Assembly (NCBI GenBank): GCA_040954595.2
Contig: CM082593.2
Location: 1,312,901 to 1,376,900 of the forward strand
Direction: 5' to 3'
DNA: 64,000 nucleotides
Source: Balanoglossus misakiensis
Taxonomy: Eukaryota; Animalia; Hemichordata
Position 1 is the stretch's first letter. Each line of letters starts with the position of its first letter. The notes under the pieces are model-generated. The model made no database searches. It was not told where the DNA came from and worked only from the letters and a program-made list of their open reading frames with translations. Below, piece by piece: positions 53,652 through 64,000 of this stretch. The position numbers and the translations under genes are program-made.

Positions 53652-54893
53652 ATGTCATCTCCGGATCCGCTGGAATTATATTTTAGATCTCTCAATCTTT
53701 CTGATAGCCAGGTCGCGTTTTTACGAGCAAACTGTACGGCTGTCTATCCGCCTGAATTATGTGTTCGAATTGAAGGTTTGTTGGAATTGATCTACGGACC
53801 ATGCCGCTACGTTCCGAAGGGATATTTTCCCGAATTCGGGACCGATTTCGTCGCCGCCATCGTTACATTCTACGTCGTAGTTTTTATACTGACGGTCTTC
53901 GGAAACGTAGTGGTGGTCATCGTTATGTCGAGATTCCGTCGTATGCGCACGGTGACGAACATCTATCTGCTGTCGCTGGCTCTCTCCGATCTCATGATCG
54001 CTCTGTTTTGTATACCGTTCGATGCCTTGTACAGTGTGACGACAAATTGGCCCTTCGGCGAGGCGATGTGTAAGATATCCCGCTTCGTACAGACACTGTC
54101 AGTTTCTACCAGTGTTCTGACCCTAACAGCCATTGCTGCCGATCGCTACATCGCCATTCTGTATCCGCTCAAGGCTAGACTTATCCACACCAACCAAAGA
54201 GCGGCGACAATTTTGGCCGCCGTGTGGGTTTTGTCGGCCGCGATGATGTCTCCACAACTCTTCGTTCTGACCACGAGAAACATCTGCGACCCAGACACAC
54301 TGAACATCTACACAACGTGCGTGGAGGTGTGGGGAAGCGATTCAGTCATCCCTGGTACAGACACGCCAACAGCCATCACCAGCAGTACACACGCGTATTC
54401 CCTCTACCTGCTGTTTGCCTTGTGGGCAATCCCACTATCAGTGATGGCGTTCGCCTACATACGAATCGGACACCGTCTCTGGACGCAGAAGCCAATAGGC
54501 GACGGACTGGGCACCGAAAACACCATCATGAAAAACGAACAGTCGTTGAAACAAAAGAAGAAACTGATCAAGATGTTGATGGTGATTCTGGTGATGTTCG
54601 CTGTTTGCTGGGGCCCCATGTTTCTTTGGAACGTGGTGAGGGATTTCACCTACAATTTTCATCACTTGGCAAGCAAGCACGCCGACTGGACATACAAGGC
54701 GTTTGCGGCGATCCGCCTGGTTGCCTATAGCAACAGCTGCTTCAATCCCATCATTTACCACAAGATGAGCGAAAACTTCAAGAACCACTTCAAGGCAGTG
54801 ATAGGGTGCGTGTGCTGCAAGACGAACAAGATCGACGTCGTCGGAACAACCTTAACTCTGCAGAACAACACAGTAACCGATCCCGCTCCGTAA
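53652..54893 (+). CDS. QRFPR: QRFP (26RFa)/GPR103-receptor-like class A GPCR, single coding exon, 413 aa
   Basis: Complete 7TM ORF. The first ATG is at 53652 (the ORF-track start 53643 is TTG). Motifs that recall human QRFPR: NLSDSQV...VYPPEL (cf. NLTREQF...VYTPEL), MRTVTNIYLLSLALSDLMIALFCIP, HTNQRAATILAAVW (cf. YTNRRAFTMLGVVW), RIGHRLWTQKPIGDG (cf. KIGYELWIKKRVGDG), FAVCWGP, SNSCFNPIIY..MSENFK. Family assignment is by recalled motifs, not a database search. Confidence 0.88.
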   Translation: MSSPDPLELYFRSLNLSDSQVAFLRANCTAVYPPELCVRIEGLLELIYGPCRYVPKGYFPEFGTDFVAAIVTFYVVVFILTVFGNVVVVIVMSRFRRMRTVTNIYLLSLALSDLMIALFCIPFDALYSVTTNWPFGEAMCKISRFVQTLSVSTSVLTLTAIAADRYIAILYPLKARLIHTNQRAATILAAVWVLSAAMMSPQLFVLTTRNICDPDTLNIYTTCVEVWGSDSVIPGTDTPTAITSSTHAYSLYLLFALWAIPLSVMAFAYIRIGHRLWTQKPIGDGLGTENTIMKNEQSLKQKKKLIKMLMVILVMFAVCWGPMFLWNVVRDFTYNFHHLASKHADWTYKAFAAIRLVAYSNSCFNPIIYHKMSENFKNHFKAVIGCVCCKTNKIDVVGTTLTLQNNTVTDPAP

Positions 54894-55801
54894 AAACAGA
54901 TAATATAATATCTTATATTATCAAATGTTTCATCTACTTTTCCTTAGGGCGACTTGTCTACGCACCAGTGGTCGTAGGTCCACTGTGTGCCATTTTAACT
55001 GAAGTGTATGTACATGTACAACCATTTGCAGTACTGACACATACTACTCTGCTCAGTACAAACTACTGATAAATCTATCTTGTTTCTGTGATTTATTGCG
55101 CATTGAATATATGTTCGTCACATATTTACCAGAATTATTCAAAATGGAATGCAAACACACTCATATACCTCTGTCACTGAAAAGTTGACAAATCGTCGGC
55201 CATGTTGTTATCGAATATAGTCGGACAGGTCCAACGCCGATTGACAACATGGTGGCGACTAACCTCCAGGACAACTTTCTCTTTCACAACTATTTCAACA
55301 GCTACAGGAAATTGGGAATTTGGCGTTATCTTCAAAACCAGAATTTACCTCCCCATAAAAAAACAGGTTTAGCTGTGTGAGTTTTAATGTCCCATTCTAA
55401 GCTTACAAAGTTATCGCACGAAATCATTTATTTATTACTCACTGCTGTGATTTTTCATCGTAGGTACTCACTTCCGCTGAGGGTTCGAGGGCGGGCAGGG
55501 TTGCCGTTAATTCCGAGTGACGTCAGGCAGGCAGGTGTCAATGACCCACGATTCAATCATGGATTTTGACACCTTTTAGGAATTACAATAATTAAAATAT
55601 CCCACATGTGTCATGACCTTTATTTCACAGGTGCATGGCCCATCGCAGGAAAATCCAATCCAATTTGCATGACCCTGTGAGTCAAAAAACGTTCCACGTG
55701 TAAAAATTAGTGATATTTTCCATATCAATCAGTGTGTTCACCGCCCAGAATACAGTCTATTCTCTGAAGTTCTGGTTTAGAATATAGTCATCTACTATGA
55801 C

Positions 55802-55807
55802 AATAAA
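55802..55807 (+). terminator. Candidate polyadenylation signal for the QRFPR-like gene
   Basis: AATAAA about 0.9 kb after the stop. Further copies at 55911, 56001 and 57019, so the site actually used is unknown. Confidence 0.3.
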
Positions 55808-58800
55808 TTTTATATTGAAACGGCAGTGATCATGATTAATGTATGTGCAATGTGTTGAGCGTGTGGGCCAACGAAATACCACTGTTCGTTTTCCAGAACG
55901 CCCTCGCTACAATAAATCTCAACAAGATTATGACACATGCTGGCTGATAAACTCCGTCCTGTTTTTCGGTAAACTCGGGTCACTACTAATCCTCAAAAGT
56001 AATAAACATCAGTCCAATTCCGTGGATACCTACTGTTATAAATTTTCGTTGTAATCTCTTCTTCAAATTCACGTTTCAACTCCTGATTTACGGGAATATA
56101 TCGACGTACGTGTCGTGAAACTTTAAATGGTTCGAAACATAAGACAAAACAATACTGAGTTACTTACTATTCCTCAACCCAAGTTAGAAATTACTTTTTC
56201 AAACAGACATTACGATACTATGGTGAATTGTAAATGGTGAATCTCTACTTTTGACATTTTTGTCAGAACATATACAATAAGCTAACTTAATCCAACGCAG
56301 TCTGTTACCTAAATCATGCGGTGTATGACTTGCATATTGATATTGATAACAATTGTCCATGTATATAGTATATACACACTTCGGTTTGATAACGCATGCG
56401 CACCAGCCCAACGGTTACCATGGTGGCTTTTCCCAACCAACGATTTCATCACGAAATCAACATCCAACAAAGTGACCAATGTGACCTCAATATGTCAATA
56501 TTAAACTGACTAAATAACAAGTCTCCTTTCAGAGGATTCACAATATTCACCTCATGGTGAATAGAACGCATTTAGCTCTTGGTAACATTCTGGAAAGTGT
56601 CACATTAATTTATCTATCTATATGTACTATTTATACAGCTCAGGTTTGTTAAAAGATGTAGAACGTGGAAGGGTATTTCTGTCAGCATATATTATAAAAC
56701 AATATTGATATCTATTTCATATTTTAATATTTTTCTGATGTGTGTAATCCAATATTCATTCGGAAATATGGAGAATGTTTATCACAAAAAAATGGCATAG
56801 AATCAGCTGCGGTTTTATACACTGATCAAGTTACTTGCATCAACGTACAATTCTGGCGATAGTAAGAGACATCTATGTATATACCATATATTTCAAGTTA
56901 ACTCTACCGTAAACTTCTTTTTTTATTTTGTGATATATGATCTTTCTTTTGTCTCACGGTGAATTTCACAGCATTGTCGTTTGTAGGATAAGTAATTGTT
57001 ACGATAAACACGTTTTGTAATAAAGTCTTTTGTTATGACAGATATGGTCTCTATGGAAACGAGTAATAGTAAAAATAGATGACATTTTGACGTCACTGAG
57101 TATAATTAAGGATACCCACGTGATCACTACACTTTATTATTCTGAAGTCATATCATTAACAATGTTATTAACTGAGTAAACTTTTATTATCATTCCTCAA
57201 ACAGTTGCCATGGAAAAGACGTAATTAATGAATATAATGTTTTTCCATTACATTAATTGAATAACTAATTACTACTTCAATGCATGATAATATTTACTTC
57301 TTTATCGTACCAGCGATGTAACCATTTTGAGAAAAAAAAATATTTCTATGTTCTAAATGGGAGAGCTGTAGTTTTGTTATTGAAAAATAGCGTCTTATTT
57401 TCTATTGCAGACAACAAATCCGAAGATTTAATCTTGGGATGCCATTTGTTTACATACACAATCTTTTGCTAGACTTTGTGCAGATACTTAGTTGTTTTCA
57501 CAGAACAGAAATGTTTCGTTGGAATAAAATATGTACAAAATGGATTACATATTCCGTATTCCTGACCTAAATATTATTTTTGTCTGTTGTTTGTAAGAGT
57601 TCCAGAATACAGCGTCCTGTAATATATGTTAATGGAATATAATTAAAGTTAAACGGCCATGACTTTGACTTATGATGTGTGATATTTCAAAGAAGGTCTG
57701 ATCATGGAGACATGCGTGTGCATTAGGGCAGTGTACCCCTTGGGGCAAATGTGCTCAACACGAGACGTTTAAGAAGGAAATTGGCAATCGACGCATGTGG
57801 TGTGACGCGGGGAAGTTTACCTCTAGGAAGAGACACAAATCATGGTTCGTTGTAAAATGCATCGCTTTCGAATCGTGTAACTCGCGTTAACTCGATTCAA
57901 TTCAACTCGTGACTGGAATGTAGTAAGTGGGGTATTCCGAACGCACAGTCTCAGATCGAGAATTAATGGCTATCAAACATATGCTGTGAAAGAGATATAG
58001 ATAAAGCGTGATTCGACGCCCGTGTGTCTGGTATATCAAAGAGCAAAATAAACTCTAATCTTGCCTAGTGCACGACCACTACAATTCTAAAGAGAACAGA
58101 TTTACAAATTTAGTCCCCAGGATTATTAGAAACGAAGCCTAAACAATTTTCAAAGGATCGCAATGACTTTAAAAAAATATTACATTGCAATTCTTTCGCT
58201 GCCTGTTTTATCACACATTTCTGTACAATGCAGGAAATGCCCAAATGGGGATAAAATTAAAATAAATCATGTCTGAAATCTGCGTAATGGAATCGAAGAT
58301 GCAATCTCTTGAATTATTGGTAACCCCATACTATGACATTTTCGATAAAATTGGTAGAAAATGAAACTTCGTCGTTTCTGCCATGGTATCTCTCCCTGCG
58401 TGGAATGTAAGACTAACAACATAGAGCTTCCGTTTGTATCTGATCGTAGTATGCGCGGTGCTTCGTTTTATTTGACAAAGAACATATGACACAGACCAGT
58501 TTTTAAGCTCCCTAAATAATATTAAATTCTAGAGTAGTGAATAAAACATCGCTTATGCGCGAAAATAAACAAGAGAATTAAGTGTATTCAAGCGTGATAA
58601 GCACTTGCCGCTACACAGAAATTCTTATCCGTGCTCACTACTACGAACCCGACACATCCAAATGGCAGATTAAGCTTTTCGTATAATTATTCAAATTTCA
58701 AGCCTCAATCTTCTGAAATAACCACTTCAACAGGCATAATTTCAACAGAGGATTCAAATAAGTGTCGATATAGAATTTGTGTAAGCGTACATTAAATATC

Positions 58801-61228
58801 ATTGCGGATATTACAATTCTGAATCAGCTGATAATGATAGAACGAATTTTTTATCACTCCTTGGGGAATAAATATAGATACTGACCTAGTTTTCAGGACT
58901 CTGCCTAACACACATACACATCTAATGTGATATTTATTGGCCAGAAGAAATTCTAAAACGACCACAGACCATAAACTTTCAAATATCAAACTTCGTTCGG
59001 ACGCTTAGTATCAAAATCTCATAAGAATGTCATTTCGGTTGACTTACATTTTTAATAACGATACGTTATAATTATAAAATAAGTATATGAAGGCAGCCTG
59101 ACCAATGTTCGGGTATTCATTGGGTGGAATTCAATGTTTTCTTCGATAAGAAATATGGTGTTGAAAAAAATCGTGCATGTAACATGTCACGACATTAATT
59201 AATCTAGCTTGGCATCGCCGAACACATAGGAGAAATTAATTCACATATTGAATCACCAACCATTTAATTTACGGCACATAATCATAACGACCGCTATAAT
59301 CAACATCATCTTCTAAACGACACAACTGATGAATCATTTTTATGAGTAAGCGCCTAAACTTGGCGTAAATTACTGGTACGTAGATTAACAATTTTCTGAT
59401 TTGAAGTATTCAACCCACATTCGCCATCAAAAGGAATCGAACTGAACGAATAATTCGTTTAGATTTGACACCACGCTTGCCGGCTTTTTATATCTGATCT
59501 CTGCATTAATCAGAGTTTGACATATGCTTAATAGCCCGCGTATAGTTTGCCATTTTATGGAGAATGTGCTCCGGGCCAGAGTTGCTAATGACGCTTCATT
59601 GGGGTGTTGACCTTACTTAACTTTCACTGAAAAGCGGAATGTCTCCACAAATCACCTGATTTACGTCACATGACATGCATACATATATGTGAATGCAAAT
59701 TTTCTATGTAATTGCGTTCGGCGTCAATATTTTGAAGTCCACAGTGATTCGGTGCTGTGGGTTTAAAGACACCGTCACATTTGACGCACTGAGCCGTTAC
59801 GCATCACTTCACAAATTTTCAGGCTAGCATTTCTGCAGGTGTATGCGTCTATTCAAACACATATACCATTTCAGTGATGACACAGGTATTGTAAAACACA
59901 TTTACATATATATAGAAAATCCTAATCGGTTTAGGATTGCGCAAACAATTACATATTGTGATTGGAAATTGAGAATTCTTCTGAGGGGTCATGTTATCGG
60001 TAAACACTCTTCACAATTTCAAATGAAATGATCTCATCTTTGGTTTTAATTATTTTTCAGAAAGCAGCGTTAAATTTGTTGACAGAAGAATTACCGGATG
60101 CGCCTCTTCAGAGAATTCTATCACAACTGGAAGTGTAATTTATGTGATGGTAGCAGATAACATTGACGGGCAGACAACTCCTTAAAACATGACCTCAAAA
60201 AGGTGAAAAGATGCATTTGTTTCCCCAACACTGCAGTCACGTATATATTCAGTTTCATGTTATTGAAAACCATGTTTGACACTGGTTCAATAAATGAGAG
60301 CTTGATTGGAAATATGAAGATCATTCATGAATACCATATGATCGAAGTGTGGCATATGGCACTGTGATTATTGACATTGTTATTCAAATAGGGTGATAGC
60401 GCACATGTACAAAATTATTTTCAGGGTGTTTTTGTCATAAGCTCAGACGATTGACGCTATACATATTGGAACGAAATGAATTTCTGCTCGTGTATTTGAA
60501 GACAATAAAAACAACAGAATGTGATAATCGCTTTGCGTCGTTGCTGGCGCTATCACATGAAACCACCTGTTTGAATGTGTGGCCTTGTCTTTGCCCTGGT
60601 TGCAAACTGCACACTACAGAGAAAGTTTGCGCTAAACTTGTAAAAAAGGGACTATCTATCTATCTGTCTGCCTGTCTATTTTAGTATTTACTGACTGAGT
60701 GAATGAGTGACTAATTGACTGACTTATCAAATCAAGAAATTTAACATTCAGCAAAGAACAGGAAACATAACTTCTGTTGGGTCGTGCGCAATTAGGTTAA
60801 GACCACAGACTGTGGTTAAGACAGAAACAGCCCTAAAAGCGAAACATGTAGTCCACTATTGTCGCTTGGTACAGGGTTGGGATATTGTTTATCACACCTG
60901 ATGCTGGGTTCTGTTTGTAGTCAGCTAACTGTAAACTTTGGATGATTACTGGGGCCGACTCATGCCATGGTTACCGTGAGACTTCACGACGCAATCCGTA
61001 TTTGATTATTTTGGAATGTTCTATCAAAAACGACACGCACTGTACAAGTCATATAGCTGTGCAAATGTTTCAGAGCGTAACTCGGAGGTGGAAAATACTT
61101 GTATCGAAAATAAATAAGTAGTGGGGTTCATTGTGGCGTGGCGTGTATGCCTACACTGTTTATGACAGAGTGCAACAGTGTCTGAATGGCCGCCAAGCCA
61201 GCTCATTTGCAATTCAATAAGGGCAGGC

Positions 61229-61240
61229 GTTGCTAGTAAC
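61229..61240. promoter_or_regulatory. RFX X-box-like palindrome GTTGCTAGTAAC
   Basis: GTTGCT/AGTAAC half-sites about 125 nt upstream of the 61365 ATG. A second X-box-like site, GTTACCGTGAGAC, is at 60970-60982. Confidence 0.5.
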
Positions 61241-61364
61241 GACGGCAATTGTTTGATTACTAAAGCAGGCGGATAGTGGTGGGACTAGCCAGGCGAACAA
61301 GGCCTGTTCGAACACTGACTGCACTGTGCTGTTGACTACTTGGTTTTAATAACCACCGGGAAAC

Positions 61365-61725
61365 ATGTCGCAAGTCGTCGTGCAGCAGCGTCCGTCGACT
61401 CAAATGAGTCAGGCGAAGATCGGGAACTTGCCTGAGATTCCCCACCCGTTGTCTCGACTGGGAAATCCAGACAAACTGAACATTCGCGGACTGTCCAGCC
61501 GAGCGGGTGAGCGGCCATCTTCTAACCCCGCACCACGACCAGCCAGCGAACTCCCGTTCTATACACCGAGACTGTCACGATCTGCTGCCGGGAGAGATGT
61601 CTTACACGAGTCTCTGGATGCCAAGAAAGTGCTGCCGAGAATTCCGGGCCCATTTACCCCGACAATACCCGAAGGCGTGGAAATAACAGTAGGCGATCCG
61701 GCCAAAACTAAGCTACCTGTCTTTG
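61365..61725 (+). CDS. EFCAB6: First coding exon (120 codons + 1 nt) of a gene continuing beyond the window; tentatively EF-hand calcium-binding domain protein 6-like (ciliary)
   Basis: GC-richer coding-like ORF with ATG in AAACATGT context, ending at ...CCT GTC TTT G|GTAAGT (phase-1 donor at 61726). The LPEIPHPLSRLGNPDKLNIRG and KLPVFG segments resemble, from memory, N-termini of invertebrate EFCAB6-like proteins. No EF-hand lies in this exon, so the exon is more certain than the name. Confidence 0.55.
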
Positions 61726-64000
61726 GTAAGTTGTCCTTCCGACATCTTGGCGATGCCAATTTCAATTGTGACCGATCTGTCTTGTAAAGACCAGGACCAA
61801 AACATTGCCAGCACAATATGAGACACGCTTAACAATTTCTTAAACATAACTGACCAGAAATCGTGGGGAAAACTTGCTCTCTCGGTGACTAAAGTCACCT
61901 GATAGTTTCCTGAAATACAGGTGCTCGCTGGAGTAAATCACCATGACAATAGCGAGGAAGAGACATGGAAATTAACAAAGTTCCGTTTCGGTACACCGCA
62001 CATTTATGACGACTAACAACTTAATGTGATTAATAGTATTTAAAGTCTTATCTATTCGTATGAAATCGCATTGAAGTTGTCGAATTGGCACATCTAAGCT
62101 TACTATCTCCGGAGTAAATTAACACTCCTCGTAAAAGACACGCATGATGGTTCAAGTACTTTGAATTTGCCCATGAATTTGAAGTAGGTTTATTACAAGC
62201 AGTTTTTTTGTGTGTGCCGACGCCTGGCCTTCAAAATCATGGAAACACCTGTCAAAGTCAGAATCAAGGCGAACGCATTATCTGACAGCGGGAAAGGGAA
62301 AGAATCTCTGGGCTTTTTTTACTAAACCAATGAGTAAATGTTGACTTTGTGATTACAAGAAGCGACTACTGTTGTCTCACGATTACCCGATTTGCTGCGG
62401 GAAAGCTTAACATACCTCCACTACTGCAAACGTAGCTTGTAAATTGAGAAGGGTTTTGAAATGTTCGAGTTCACCACCAAGATGGAGACAAGGAGGTGTT
62501 TGGGGGTCAAACCCGAAAAGGGTTATGAAGTAAATATCTGCCTCTCGGAGGTCAGAGTTCGCGGGAGTTTTGGGTTGAGAGTTACGTGTGGTTGCTATTG
62601 TGTACGGCGTGTCAACTGAGCGACAAAAATGGCAACTGGAAGGTGTATAGACAATCAGAAATCTCGACGATAGGGTCACTTCTGTTAAAAGGGAGGGTCT
62701 TTTATGTTCTGAAACACGACAGACTAGAGACGCGAGAATTTCATCGGGGTTAAATCGACTGATTAATCCGAAAATCGCCAGGGTGGTGGAGGCATGTCCT
62801 AAATCAAACAAGGCGGATGTACTTTGGTCGTTACGTCGTCTGCAGCCAATTTGCAGCATTGTTTAGTGATCACGACCATAATGACCCACAAATAACACTC
62901 TTGGTCGGCTCAGTGAAGTATATTAGTTATTTCCCACGCGACACAGACAGCCAATGTTTCTCTATGCTTTCATATAGGAAGCGAGACACCTCCATATTGT
63001 ATTCCACATGGGTATTTCAGATAATCAACACGGTCTTTAGCACTTTGTCATCAAGTGAACTGACTGCTTCCCTGGCAATTGTATTCTAAACATAAACCCA
63101 AATCTTTTGAAACAGCAATTCAAAGCTGTTTCAAATTCAAATGAACTAAGAACGTGTTTGTAGCGACCCAATTCTTATTGACAGACCAAGTTTCGCTAGC
63201 GGCCCTATTTACCACAAACTAACTGTCCAAAGCAGACCAACCATGATTTCCTCACATTAGAAGACCCAACGTCCAAAAAGTTCGGGAAAAGTGCATTTAT
63301 AAATTCACAGCATGCATAATTCATCTGAATATCTAGGAGACAGATTCCTCCTCATGTCTATTCATGGATGTCCATTCATTGCCAGTACATGACAGTCGTT
63401 TTGTTTATTTTGTGTTGACGTTTACGGGTGTTGCATAACCGGACAAAGGCGAGTTGACTACCGATCGATTTCCCGTCGTCGGGGACTCTAAAACTGACAA
63501 CAAACTAGTTTTCAAACTATGTCAACTTCGTTTCATTTTTTACCCACAGCCAGTAGAACTACACGCGAAAGCACCGTGAAATGCATTATTGAAACTCAGA
63601 AAGACATTATCACATGATACCGTGTATTCGGCGCCGCATATTGTATTTTAAAGGCACATTTTATCATTTATTTACATATGGACGCTATTAAATGATTGAC
63701 CCTCCTTCAGATATCACACAGATATCGAAAAGTGATAGAGTTGAGATAATAATAATCTTGAGATCAACTTCATCAATTTAATGTTCATTCCGTCATTAAA
63801 CTAGTTTCGGTCATTTATTCTACACCTCCAGACATTTATTGATCTTTTCAGATCACCGACTTGGACCTCTGATCATAAATTATCACAATCTAACTTGACA
63901 AGAGCAAATGAAATTATTCTAGAATACAATCGCTGTAGACCTCTGACCTCATATCGCGAGCATGAAACTAGTTCACCCTTAATAAGCTCGAAAGGTATAT

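Noticed and set aside
53801-55069. Several alternative-frame and antisense ORFs overlapping the QRFPR-like CDS
   Set aside because: Expected shadows of a GC-richer real coding sequence, with no independent motifs.

Overview
AT-rich animal genomic DNA with spliceosomal introns and microsatellites. The gene content suggests a marine invertebrate deuterostome, possibly a hemichordate (inference only). I see no prokaryotic features, CRISPR arrays, rRNA or tRNA. Three protein-coding genes lie on the + strand. (1) A three-exon kisspeptin-receptor (KISS1R/GPR54)-type GPCR: 6920-7237, 25560-25695 and 27344-27987, 365 aa. Its 136-nt middle exon is missing from the ORF track and was assembled by hand across an 18.3 kb intron. 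(2) An intronless QRFP-receptor-type GPCR (53652-54893, 413 aa) with a TATA box and a Cys-containing N-terminus that looks internally duplicated. (3) The first coding exon (61365-61725) of a probable cilia-associated gene, tentatively EFCAB6-like, with RFX X-box-like motifs upstream. Between the two receptors are a triplicated, diverged ~600-bp unit (38.6-42.3 kb) and a candidate unannotated two-exon transcript (45.6 kb to 49.9 kb). Five perfect CRE palindromes surround the QRFPR-type gene. Almost all other ORFs in the track look like chance or microsatellite-derived frames.
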